DNA from: a virus
Length of the DNA: 64,000 nt
Virus record (IMG/VR): IMGVR_UViG_3300031519_006967
Location: 36,828 to 100,827 of that record
Strand: one strand, 5' to 3'
This document shows positions 9,308-19,387 of the stretch, one piece after another. Below the pieces are notes generated by a model that was given only the letters and a program-made list of their open reading frames with translations, was not told where the DNA came from and ran no database searches. Numbering within the stretch: position 1 is the stretch's first letter; every line of letters begins with the position of its first letter. The translations under genes were made by a program, and so were the position numbers.

Positions 9308-9671
9308 ATGATAGTTAAATTTAAATTAGCAGGATTTTTCGTGGATAAACCAAAATACGCGACTATAGAAATAGACGCTGAGGCTGATGCTGTTCAGTTG
9401 GCGGACGGTAATATATTAAAAGTTAAACAGTTGGATGGACCTGCCCTAGACCAATATGTATTCGAAAAATATGTAGCCAACACTGGAATGGATGGTAGAG
9501 TGTTGGAAATGGTGATAAGTAGCTAGTGAGGAATATGAGGAATATGATTTCGAATTTGATAGAGACGATTGGGTTGAATTATCAGGCTACATCAATATAA
9601 GCCTACATGATGCCTATTATCATGCGGAATATGATAGAGACGCAGCAGAAGAACGATTTAACAATTCCTAG
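9308..9671 (+). pseudogene. Hypothetical gene with an apparent frameshift near 9518
   Basis: ORF 9308-9526 stops at TAG; an overlapping frame without its own start continues VASEEYEEYDFEFDRDDW... to 9671. Confidence 0.4.
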
Positions 9672-9706
9672 TTGAACTGATGGGTTGGCTGTGATACATT
9701 TATTTA

Positions 9707-11053
9707 ATGTCACAACTTAATCTAGACCTATATGAGAAAGTAATTGTATACAACTGCCTAAAAACAGGTAATGAGGAATACCTATCCTCAGTTGTAGAAC
9801 ATATAGACCCTGAACTATTCAACAATAGAGATGCTGCTTGCGTGGTGGAAGTCATACGAGATTTCTATCTGGAAAACGACACAATCCCAAATAGAACGGA
9901 AATCCGCGCTAGGATCAACAACAAGACACTATTAGAGTCGTTTAAACGCCTTTTAACGGACTTTAAAGACTTAGATAAGGATTATACCATATCGGAACTA
10001 GTTAAGAACACTGAGAACTTTATCAAGCAACGCTCCCTGCTTAAAAATATTGAGAGGTCGTTGGAAGAACACTCTTCAGAGAAAAGAATTGATGAGGAGC
10101 GAGTTCTTAAAGAGTTTGATAAAATTCAAAGCTTATCTCTAATAGATAATTTAGGTTTAGATTTACTTGCAGATTCCCAACAATTTGTGGATAGACTTTT
10201 ACAGGCGGATGAGTATATATCAACTGGTTATATTTGGTTAGATCGAGAATTGGGAGGTGGATTACATAAAGAAGGTAAAGCGATCTACGGCATTGCGGGT
10301 GAAACCAATGTTGGTAAATCAATTGTTTTAGGTAATATTGGTACTAATATTTTATTGCAAGGCTACAACGTAGTAGTTATATCATTGGAGATGTCTGAAT
10401 TTAGATATGCTAAGCGATTAGCTTCTATGTTATCTGACATTAAGCAGGTGGATTTGGCGAATAAGACTGATGAATATTTGGAGTTTGTTACCACGTTCCA
10501 AAGCAAAAATAATGGGCGACTAATAATTAAAGAATTCCCAACGAAACAGGTTAGTGCAAAACACGTTGCAGGTTATATCAAAAGGTTGAAGAGAAAGAAG
10601 AACTTTGAACCAGATGTTATTGTTTTAGATTACCATACACTTCTTAAGCCATCAATATCACAAGGTTCTAAACATGCTGATATGCAGTTTACCACACAAG
10701 AAAGTAGAGCATTGTCATATCTATTTGATGCTCCTGTGTTGTCTGCTGCTCAGCTTAATAGAGGTGAGGGGGCAGCTAGTGGGCCATCCCTAGATAGAAT
10801 TGCAGGATCGTGGGATATGTTATCAGACATGGACTATCTTGTAAATATTTGGCAGTCTGATGAGGATCGGGAAGCTGAATTACTTCGCTGGGCAATTAAA
10901 AAGGCTAGAGATTCGGAGAGAAATAATGAACATTTTTGGCCTGTAGATTACTCAACGTTAAGACTATTAGATGATGACGCGGGTGGTGAGGTTCAAGCAG
11001 TTGCCAACGCTAGTGTAATGACAGATATTGTTGGAGATTTATTTGGAGATTAA
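9707..11053 (+). CDS. Replicative DnaB-like helicase (T4 gp41-like)
   Basis: ISTG..WLD..LGGG, Walker A GETNVGKS, ISLEMSE, LIIKEFPT, IVLDY, AAQLNR. Confidence 0.95.
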   Translation: MSQLNLDLYEKVIVYNCLKTGNEEYLSSVVEHIDPELFNNRDAACVVEVIRDFYLENDTIPNRTEIRARINNKTLLESFKRLLTDFKDLDKDYTISELVKNTENFIKQRSLLKNIERSLEEHSSEKRIDEERVLKEFDKIQSLSLIDNLGLDLLADSQQFVDRLLQADEYISTGYIWLDRELGGGLHKEGKAIYGIAGETNVGKSIVLGNIGTNILLQGYNVVVISLEMSEFRYAKRLASMLSDIKQVDLANKTDEYLEFVTTFQSKNNGRLIIKEFPTKQVSAKHVAGYIKRLKRKKNFEPDVIVLDYHTLLKPSISQGSKHADMQFTTQESRALSYLFDAPVLSAAQLNRGEGAASGPSLDRIAGSWDMLSDMDYLVNIWQSDEDREAELLRWAIKKARDSERNNEHFWPVDYSTLRLLDDDAGGEVQAVANASVMTDIVGDLFGD

Positions 11054-11060
11054 TAAAATT

Positions 11061-11390
11061 ATGAAATATGTAAAATTAACTGTTAACGCCGATCCAGATG
11101 GTTGGTACGTTAAGGGAACTGAGGTTTGGTCATAGGATACCAATGTTAGACTAACTGAACGTGAATTTAAAGAGTGGTTAGATAAAGACGGTAATCTGTT
11201 TCAAATTTGCGTACAGGGAATTCGTAAATGTAATCCTCATTTTAAGTATGAAGAGGATTATATGGAGAAACACGGCACACTATATAGGGTAGATGGTGAG
11301 TGTTGCTCTGGTTCAGAATTTGATGTGGAATATGTTGATGATGACGGAACGGAAGAAATTTTAAAATTATTAGAAAATTATGTCATATAG
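11061..11390 (+). pseudogene. Hypothetical gene interrupted by one in-frame TAG at 11133-11135
   Basis: MKYVKLTVNADPDGWYVKGTEVWS*DTNVRLTE...DGECCSGSEF...YVI*; otherwise a continuous 110-codon frame filling the gap. Confidence 0.6.
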
Positions 11391-11526
11391 AGCTATTAAA
11401 TGTTATTTTGGATTCCACATATGGAAATGGGACATTATTGTCCATGGTAAGTGTAGTTACGGGCATGATATATGTATCGGCCACTGTAAACATTGCGGAG
11501 CGCGTACTAAAAAATTCGAGATTTGA
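11380..11526 (+). CDS. Small Cys/His-rich protein (48 aa, not in ORF track)
   Basis: MSYRAIKCYFGFHIW...CKHCG; overlaps the preceding stop. Confidence 0.55.
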   Translation: MSYRAIKCYFGFHIWKWDIIVHGKCSYGHDICIGHCKHCGARTKKFEI

Positions 11527-11550
11527 ATTATGGAAATTATAAATAAGTGT

Positions 11551-12036
11551 ATGACTCCTAGATTTAACAGAAGATCACGAATATTATTAGAACAGTTGGA
11601 AGATAAGGATGAGCTAAATCCAGAATTTGACGGCAAAAAGATTGAAGATTATCTAATTTGGGAGCCAGAGGGTGACTTACGAGTTTATGCTGACTTCGTT
11701 AATGAGATTCCATCTAAATCTAATGAGACATATCGTGGTCTTTCCACTAAGGAATTTTCCCAATTACATACTCAGGGACACTTGAAATCAGATAGTCGAG
11801 ATGTTGGTAAGGGACGAGAGGGAACCTACTCAGCAGGAGACTCCAAATTGGCAGGGCGGTTCGCCTTACGAAATGCGAGAGATTTAGGGGCATCAGTATT
11901 TCTTGTGTTGGATAAAGACGCCTTGCCGAATTTAACATGGCGAAATGATTGGGATTTCTCCTCTGAGACCATTCCGAGGGACGCTATAAAACATGCATAT
12001 CTGTTCCGAAATGGAAAGGTTAAGAAACTAATATAA
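11551..12036 (+). CDS. Hypothetical protein, possible ADP-ribosyltransferase-like fold, CTS-like N-terminus
   Basis: YRGLS..EF...GTYS pattern and IPRDAI near the C-terminus; TAAATA 5 nt before ATG 11551; flanked by a 20-bp direct repeat. Confidence 0.5.
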   Translation: MTPRFNRRSRILLEQLEDKDELNPEFDGKKIEDYLIWEPEGDLRVYADFVNEIPSKSNETYRGLSTKEFSQLHTQGHLKSDSRDVGKGREGTYSAGDSKLAGRFALRNARDLGASVFLVLDKDALPNLTWRNDWDFSSETIPRDAIKHAYLFRNGKVKKLI

Positions 12037-12073
12037 ACTTGAATTATGGAAATTATAATTATAAATAATTTTC

Positions 12074-12331
12074 ATGGCTGATTACGAATTAGAAGACGAT
12101 ATATACACTAGAGAATTAGATGATCTAGTAAACAAATATGGAGCATTTTGCGGAATACTCTTGAACAAGAACATTTCATGTGTTACTTTCTTTTCACAAC
12201 TACTACATGATGAAAAGCTGAGAAACAGTATGGCAAGCATTGGGCATTGCTCATGGTTTGATCTAGTGAAACATATGACGTATAGATATCCCATATTACA
12301 TAAATCTAAGAAAATTAACAAAATATTATAA
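12074..12331 (+). CDS. Hypothetical protein
   Basis: 85-aa ORF, TAAATA 6 nt upstream, stop overlaps the next start. Confidence 0.65.
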   Translation: MADYELEDDIYTRELDDLVNKYGAFCGILLNKNISCVTFFSQLLHDEKLRNSMASIGHCSWFDLVKHMTYRYPILHKSKKINKIL

Positions 12332-12981
12332 TGGAAATAACAGAGTTTGATAAGCGAGTTTACAATCTATACCTTAGTTCGGTTAGATCTTGTCAAAATA
12401 AGCCATATACATTACGTAAAAATTTTGATGGGTTTGTGGACGATGATAAATTTGCCTACTTGAAAGCTTTGTCATCAAGGTTCAGTAAAACGCCACATCT
12501 AATGTGTAAGGAATATTTCTCCGCGCCATTTACGCTGGGAGATGAAGGACATTTCGATTTAAAATATTATTCTTCCATGCGAGCAGTTGGTGCATTCTCG
12601 CGACTATCTAAGAGTTCCGAGAATAGACCACCTGATGAGCAGTTGGATTATTTAAAACAATCCTTCCTCTTTATCTATAAGTTCTGTAAGGACCATGAGT
12701 TGAAGTTAAATGATTATGCATACCACAAGTCCGTAGCATTGGAAGATTGTTTGAGACATATTAAAGATCATAAAGTGTCTATATATGTTGCATTCTCCAT
12801 TCCGTCAGTTTATACTGTGTTAGTGAATTTAGAGGCAGATGTATTCCACCTATATTTCGGTGATATTAGTATAGTCGAATTACAGAGGAAATATGAACGT
12901 AGTAAAGTAGCTAAACAATTTTGTCAAAATACAAGTGCGAAAATCGCAACTAGAGTTGACGAATTCCTTGCAAACCTGTGA
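12331..12981 (+). CDS. Probable helicase loader (T4 gp59-like)
   Basis: 216 aa, basic and aromatic, directly upstream of the gp32-like gene as in T4; YNLYL...FDLKYY pattern. Confidence 0.5.
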   Translation: MEITEFDKRVYNLYLSSVRSCQNKPYTLRKNFDGFVDDDKFAYLKALSSRFSKTPHLMCKEYFSAPFTLGDEGHFDLKYYSSMRAVGAFSRLSKSSENRPPDEQLDYLKQSFLFIYKFCKDHELKLNDYAYHKSVALEDCLRHIKDHKVSIYVAFSIPSVYTVLVNLEADVFHLYFGDISIVELQRKYERSKVAKQFCQNTSAKIATRVDEFLANL

Positions 12982-13089
12982 GGAAAACGATAAGTTATAT
13001 TGCATAGATTCGAAAGGATTGTTGCATTATAAAAAGTAATAGAGATTGTAAAATCTGAATAAAATAGTAAAAATAGTAAAAATAATAAT

Positions 13090-14013
13090 ATGAGTAATAC
13101 ACTAATCGATCTCGATTCGTTGATGAACACCGTCACCGAAAGCGAGATTAAGAAAAAAGAAAGAGAGAGTTCATCATCATCATCGGATGAGAACTTTCTA
13201 TCACTAAAAAAAGGAAACACTTACTTGGTAAGATTACTTCCTAATCGTGCTAACCCCGCAACCACCTTTGCAGATTACGAGGAATACGGATTCACGTCTG
13301 TGACTGGTTCTGGTTACATCTATGCTGGTAGAACACCATCAAGTATGGGCCGCAAGGATATGGTTAAAGACCTTCAGTGGGCAACTTACTCTAAGGGTAA
13401 GGAAGCAAACGATGAAGCGTTGATGAAGCGTTCCTATACTCTCTTCCCACAGAAGAAAGAAATGGTAAATGTATACGTCATTGACGATCCAACTAATCCA
13501 GATAATAATGGAACCGTTAAGGTTCTTCGTTATTCATCTAAAGTCAATAAAGATGGCGTTCCAACTTCTCCGCTATATGCGAAGATTCAGGATTCTATCT
13601 TCGGCGATGAGAAGGGTGACATTGGTAAGAAAGCGTTTGACCTTACGGGTAATGGCGTGAACTTCGCAATTAAGGTTGAGGAGAATCAGGGAGGGTGGAA
13701 TGACTATTCTAAGTCTAACTTCAAATTCCCAAATGATATTGGTCTTAGCGAAGCAGAGATTTCTGAAATCTACGAGTCCACCTTGGACTTGGAAACGTTC
13801 ATCCCCGAGGCGCTTTCTGATGAAAAGCTTAAAGCCCTATTGGATCAACATTGGTATGGAAATGCCTCTGCGTCCGTGAACGAAGAAGTAGAATTGTCTG
13901 ATGACACTGATGATATCCCTATGGATTTCGCCGACCCTGACGCTAAAGTTGAAGAGTTGAGCGATGATATGGATGATTTTCTCGGAGAACTTGACGATCT
14001 AGATTCTAAGTAA
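13090..14013 (+). CDS. Single-stranded DNA-binding protein (T4 gp32-like)
   Basis: VRLLP, NVYVIDDPTNPDNNGTVKV, FDL...G.NF.IKV, NDYSKSNF, acidic C-terminal tail. Confidence 0.92.
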   Translation: MSNTLIDLDSLMNTVTESEIKKKERESSSSSSDENFLSLKKGNTYLVRLLPNRANPATTFADYEEYGFTSVTGSGYIYAGRTPSSMGRKDMVKDLQWATYSKGKEANDEALMKRSYTLFPQKKEMVNVYVIDDPTNPDNNGTVKVLRYSSKVNKDGVPTSPLYAKIQDSIFGDEKGDIGKKAFDLTGNGVNFAIKVEENQGGWNDYSKSNFKFPNDIGLSEAEISEIYESTLDLETFIPEALSDEKLKALLDQHWYGNASASVNEEVELSDDTDDIPMDFADPDAKVEELSDDMDDFLGELDDLDSK

Positions 14014-14024
14014 TAAGTAAGTGT

Positions 14025-14673
<649 letters not shown>

Positions 14674-14681
<8 letters not shown>

Positions 14682-15417
14682 CTTCGTAGTATCAAAAGAT
14701 AAGTTCGTTAATAATTTTGTAACCCCTTTAAGCCGATTCGATTTGACGGATAAACCTGCTCAGGTATTTATCAATGATAATAATTTGACAGGTGTTACGC
14801 ATTCTGACGATAGGTCCGTAATTTTAGAAGCAACTTTGAAGGACATTAAAGGCGACGACACCGACCCATTTGTTTTGAAAGATTTGAATAGACTTCTATC
14901 TGCTCTTGGGTTCGTTCAAGAAACTATGATGACATTTGACGTAGAACCAAATCATTTATTATATAAAGACGATGCGATTCGCTTTAAGTCATTCTTCTTA
15001 GATAACAGATTCTTCGATGATAAGATCCCACTAAAGTTGGAAAAAATTAAAGAGCAAACATATGACCATAGCTTTACCCTGTCTCAAGATTCTTTAGCTA
15101 AGATACGAAAGTCCGCTCAATTTGTGGGGGCAGACACTAGTAAAGTTTATTTGTCGGGCAATTCAAAGGATGGTGTAGTTGCCAGCCGACACGACGCATC
15201 CAAGACCAGCATTGACACCATATCATTTAATATTGTTCCTGAGTATACTGGAACAGATTTTACCCCAATACCTTTACATATTGACCTGTTCTCCTTGATT
15301 TCAGAGAAGGATTGTGATATACTAGTAGAGATAAACGATAAGTTTGGTCTGTTTCTTCTAACAGTTGAAACCGACGAATATAAGCTTCAATACATAACAA
15401 CAGCACTGAGAAAATAA
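14674..15417 (+). CDS. Sliding clamp (T4 gp45-like)
   Basis: 247 aa; LKDLNRLLSAL and FTLSQDSLAKIRKSA patterns; replication-module position. Confidence 0.7.
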
Positions 15418-15418
15418 T

Positions 15419-15697
15419 ATGAGATACGATGAATTTAGTAGCCAATTGAGGACAGAGTGTGGATTAACATCAGCAAAGTTAGACATTCATTATAATGAGT
15501 CTGACCACAGATGTTGGACTGCTCTAATAGGAAGGGACACTGCGAATGTGTTTGTGACCTTCAACGTAAATAGAGGAGATAGAGGTATTAAAAATTACGA
15601 TATTTTGGGCGATGGAAGACAACTGGTGGAAGTTCACCCGTCTGACATTTTCGAGATTTTATCTGACATTTTACCACCAGAGGAGGCATCAGAATAA
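15419..15697 (+). CDS. Hypothetical protein (paralog of next ORF)
   Basis: LDIHYNESDHRCWTALI aligns with LPISFTKEDTRRWVALV of the next gene. Confidence 0.6.
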   Translation: MRYDEFSSQLRTECGLTSAKLDIHYNESDHRCWTALIGRDTANVFVTFNVNRGDRGIKNYDILGDGRQLVEVHPSDIFEILSDILPPEEASE

Positions 15698-15698
15698 T

Positions 15699-16010
15699 AT
15701 GGCAAACAATAAAATTACAACAAAATCATACTTCATCAAGAGACTACGAGACGGTGGTTACATTGTTGATAAACTTCCAATCTCCTTCACTAAGGAGGAT
15801 ACCCGTAGATGGGTAGCACTAGTTGATAACGGGTGTGCATCAGTGTTAGTAACTTGCTACAATGATTCTAGCTTTTCTTTTTATGACGGCGAGCGATTCA
15901 TTCCATGTAACCTGAAATTGGCTACAGATTCGATTGAAATAGTTGCAACCCATTTAAATAGTCGAGGTATCATTAATAAGCACCCTCGCTACGGGAAAAC
16001 TGATAAATAG
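15699..16010 (+). CDS. Hypothetical protein
   Basis: ATG 1 nt after the preceding stop (MANNKITTKSYFIKRLRDGGY). Confidence 0.7.
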   Translation: MANNKITTKSYFIKRLRDGGYIVDKLPISFTKEDTRRWVALVDNGCASVLVTCYNDSSFSFYDGERFIPCNLKLATDSIEIVATHLNSRGIINKHPRYGKTDK

Positions 16011-16014
16011 TCGC

Positions 16015-16323
16015 ATGGACCCAGACGAAGAAGAGAAAGTAGATGGGATTCCTTCACTATCCAGTGAGGAGTTAGAAGAATTAACTGAAGAACTTAAGCA
16101 TACTGAAGAGTCTGCTATATTAGAGCCTTCCAAGAAGAAAAACTTTGATATGTTGAGCAATATACTATCCGAATATTTAGATTCATTTATAATTTTAGGA
16201 TATACTGCTGAAGGTGATGAGGTAGTGTTCAATAAAATGATTACACCTAGAGATTCCCGATCTTTACAATCATTGTTGGATGAAATTTCACATTCTCCAT
16301 TTCTCGATGATCCTGACGAGTAA
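16015..16323 (+). CDS. Hypothetical acidic protein
   Basis: 102-aa ORF, TAAATA 5 nt upstream. Confidence 0.7.
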   Translation: MDPDEEEKVDGIPSLSSEELEELTEELKHTEESAILEPSKKKNFDMLSNILSEYLDSFIILGYTAEGDEVVFNKMITPRDSRSLQSLLDEISHSPFLDDPDE

Positions 16324-16329
16324 GAGTAA

Positions 16330-16356
16330 AAATACCTCGCAATAGCGAGGTGTTTT
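16330..16356 (+). terminator. Probable terminator hairpin
   Basis: AAAATACCTCGC-AATA-GCGAGGTGTTTT. Confidence 0.6.
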
Positions 16357-16379
16357 CATTTACACTGGTAAGTAATTAT

Positions 16380-17141
16380 ATGGAACTTATCAAGTATGGA
16401 TCACGCGGGAAGAATGTAATCACCATTCAATATTTTTTAAATGGTGAGGGATATCCTGTTGGCTCTGCTGACGGGATATTTGGCAATAACTCAGTATCAG
16501 CAACCAAACAGTATCAGCGCGATAAAGGACTCCTACCTGATGGGATTATAGGTAATGGGACATTATCAGTGATGCTTAAAGACGGATTGGCGTTGATGCC
16601 AGAAGTTTCAGAGTTCCCCCCTAAGCCGACATTTAGCCCATTGGTCGGAAACGCCCAAAGAGAGGCTATATTTGGCAAATTTAAATATTCTAACGCCCCC
16701 ACAAGCAATAACCCTGAAGGTATTAAAATTCACGGTAACTGGGAATCCCAAAATATTGTAAGTGTTGATCTGCCTCAGTTGTCTAAGGCTACTAGTGGTC
16801 AGTTTACTCGTATGCGCTTCCATAAGAAGGCAGCAGACCAGTTGCGGGAGTTGTGGCAAGCATGGGAGGATGAGGGGCTGTTAGAGCGCGTTATAAGCTA
16901 TGAGGGTGCATTTTACCCTCGTTACGTGAGAGGCTCTAGGCGCACACTATCCAACCACTCTTGGGGAACTGCATTCGATATCTGTTACTGGTACAACAAA
17001 TTAGGGCGAGTTCCAGCAGCAAAGGGAACAAAGGGAAGTGTTAGGGAACTAATACCCTTAGCTAATAAATTCGGCTTTTATTGGGGAGGACATTTCAGTA
17101 GAAAAGATGGAATGCACATGGAAATAGCGAAGATTCTTTAA
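16380..17141 (+). CDS. Endolysin: peptidoglycan-binding domain plus M15 metallopeptidase
   Basis: ADGIFG...YQRDKGL.PDGIIG repeats; catalytic SNHSWGTAFDI and DGMHME. Confidence 0.9.
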   Translation: MELIKYGSRGKNVITIQYFLNGEGYPVGSADGIFGNNSVSATKQYQRDKGLLPDGIIGNGTLSVMLKDGLALMPEVSEFPPKPTFSPLVGNAQREAIFGKFKYSNAPTSNNPEGIKIHGNWESQNIVSVDLPQLSKATSGQFTRMRFHKKAADQLRELWQAWEDEGLLERVISYEGAFYPRYVRGSRRTLSNHSWGTAFDICYWYNKLGRVPAAKGTKGSVRELIPLANKFGFYWGGHFSRKDGMHMEIAKIL

Positions 17142-17244
17142 TTTGATTTGAATTATTGATATAAATTACTAAATGGAGATACATTGACAATCATACTGTT
17201 CATGAGAGAGTTGCATTGTAACCCACGATTCCATAATTATAAAT

Positions 17245-17811
17245 ATGAAATTAACATTAGAAGACTTTAATATTTTAGTAAACCAAGGAAGTGCCGAACT
17301 AGCAACAGATTTAGCTAATATGGGTAAACCGTCTTGTGAAGCGGATTCGGGGATGATTAGAAGCACTTTATTAGCAAACTCTGCGAGATATTGTGAGGCG
17401 AATGACCACCTAACACTAGAACAGAATTTAGATGTTATGACGCAAACTGTCAAGTGCCTATACAGTGAAGAGTTTGAGGAAATCTTAAACGATGACACAA
17501 TATCTATACAACCAATGACTGGTCCAGTTGGTCTAGCTATTGGCGTCTACATTACTGCGTATGAAACAGCTATCCAGAAAACTGCTGTAGAATCAGGAAC
17601 TCGCCGATTTGAAAACGATTTCGATTTTGGGGAGATTGTTGATGAATTGCGATTACGCCAAAAACAAAAAGAAGAAAACGGCGAAAACTCCCATATTATT
17701 TACTGCCCATACATCATGGTTATGTATGTGGAGACAAGGGGTGATTCTTATTTTTCTAGATATGGGGTGATTGATCACCTTATGGGTGAGAATATAATTA
17801 TTGAAGGATAA
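17245..17811 (+). CDS. Truncated paralog of a T4 gp23-type major capsid protein
   Basis: IQPMTGPVGL, KTAVESGTRR, IIYCPYI and SRYG motifs within only 188 aa. Confidence 0.65.
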   Translation: MKLTLEDFNILVNQGSAELATDLANMGKPSCEADSGMIRSTLLANSARYCEANDHLTLEQNLDVMTQTVKCLYSEEFEEILNDDTISIQPMTGPVGLAIGVYITAYETAIQKTAVESGTRRFENDFDFGEIVDELRLRQKQKEENGENSHIIYCPYIMVMYVETRGDSYFSRYGVIDHLMGENIIIEG

Positions 17812-17828
17812 TAGCATAAATATACCAG

Positions 17829-18512
17829 ATGAGATCATTTAAACAATTTATAATAACCGAATCTGTAGATGGGTTCTTCGACGATTTAGAAAATTGGGGA
17901 GTTTTACACTTTGATGGCAGACTGTATTATAAGGCATATGCCAATTCCACGGTTACTGTCGAATTAGGTGGCTGGTCTGGAGGTCTGCGATTATCATACA
18001 TTAAAGCAACCCCACATGGATCGGGTGCTGGGTCTATGTTCATGTCCGAGTTAGTTAAAAAGGCGGATGAACATAATATCAAGATTACTGGATCGGTTCA
18101 GTCGGAGGAGGGTGGACCATCCGACCAAAAATTACGCGAATTTTATCGAAAATTCGATTTTGAAATAGATGGTGAAGATATAGAAAGAACTCCAAACGCT
18201 ACCTCACCAGTTATTGTTTTACGTGGTTCAGGTTCACCCAAAAAGGCTAGAAGCCATATAGCAGAGTTATCTGAAAAATACGATTGGGTTGTTCATGGAG
18301 AACACGAATCTGGGTGGGAAAATTGGGAAGATGCTTTAGATTCGATTTGGGACAATGCCGAATTAGATGATGATGTTGAGGATTTCAAAAATATGGTATA
18401 TGGTGAATCTGGTGATGATTCCGATTTAGCCGAATTTATCAACGACGAATTAGAGAAGTTAAACTCACCATATAGTGTATCATTTACTGGCGAAAGTGAA
18501 GATGATTATTAA
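17829..18512 (+). CDS. GNAT-like protein with CTS-like N-terminus
   Basis: GSGAGSMFMSELVKKAD acetyl-CoA-loop-like motif, LREFYRKFDF; begins MRSFKQFIITE. Confidence 0.6.
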   Translation: MRSFKQFIITESVDGFFDDLENWGVLHFDGRLYYKAYANSTVTVELGGWSGGLRLSYIKATPHGSGAGSMFMSELVKKADEHNIKITGSVQSEEGGPSDQKLREFYRKFDFEIDGEDIERTPNATSPVIVLRGSGSPKKARSHIAELSEKYDWVVHGEHESGWENWEDALDSIWDNAELDDDVEDFKNMVYGESGDDSDLAEFINDELEKLNSPYSVSFTGESEDDY

Positions 18513-18554
18513 TAGCCTTAAAGGTGAGAATATAATTATTGAAGGATAATAATA

Positions 18555-19343
18555 TTAGCTTCTTAATTCATCTAAGAACTTTTTAACTTCGGGTATTCTA
18601 TCAGTTATTCTTTGTTTCTCAGTGTTTTTAGTCATTCCGCCATGTTCCAATAGCGCGAATGATTCGTCACCACCCCAAGCTAAGTCATCAATTTTATCAA
18701 CCTCTAAGTCTAAATAGTCCGCTTGCTCCCGTGTATTCACCACTATAGCAGTTTTAAGTTTGTGTTTAAGTATTAGTTTTTTCCCATATTCATTAGTATC
18801 ATAACTAGCAGTTATAACGAAGTTTGATGGAAGTTTATCTAAGCGTTTAACCCATAATGGAATTGATGTGGTATATGTGTAAAACAGTTTATTTGGCATT
18901 CTATTAGCTACTTCAATCCAAGCATCAAAATATGTCCCTGAGAAGAAATCCCCACCATTATGAAGGCGGAATATTGAACTCCGTGCGGCTCGCCTCTCTG
19001 CCAATATGGACCGTTGTAGAAGATCAGCCATCTTTTTAGTAGTTTTCTCAGCTTCTACTAACTCCATATTATTTTTAGTTTTCTCGGCAACTCCTTCGGG
19101 GAATCTTGTTTCTATTTGGTTCTTAAAACAACTCTTTTTACAATCCCCTGAAAATGGGCAAGAGTCTATTGTTGCTAGAGACATTCCCCAATTTCCATGT
19201 TTGCTGGTTTTAGTCGGTTGGTCTAATTTTATTACTGTTTCACAGTCTTGTAGGTCGTCTGCGTTCTCCCCACCATTCATCATAGCCTTAATATCGGCTG
19301 GAGATATTGCTTCTAATATCGTGTAAAGCTTACTGAACTTCAT
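18555..19343 (-). CDS. Phage gp88-like Cys-cluster (radical-SAM-like) protein with CTS-like N-terminus
   Basis: CPFSGDCKKSC, FRLHNGGDFFS, FYTYT, NFVITAS. Confidence 0.65.
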   Translation of the reverse strand: MKFSKLYTILEAISPADIKAMMNGGENADDLQDCETVIKLDQPTKTSKHGNWGMSLATIDSCPFSGDCKKSCFKNQIETRFPEGVAEKTKNNMELVEAEKTTKKMADLLQRSILAERRAARSSIFRLHNGGDFFSGTYFDAWIEVANRMPNKLFYTYTTSIPLWVKRLDKLPSNFVITASYDTNEYGKKLILKHKLKTAIVVNTREQADYLDLEVDKIDDLAWGGDESFALLEHGGMTKNTEKQRITDRIPEVKKFLDELRS

Positions 19344-19387
19344 AATATTATTTATTGTTTAACCGTTAATATAGTATAAATACCAAT

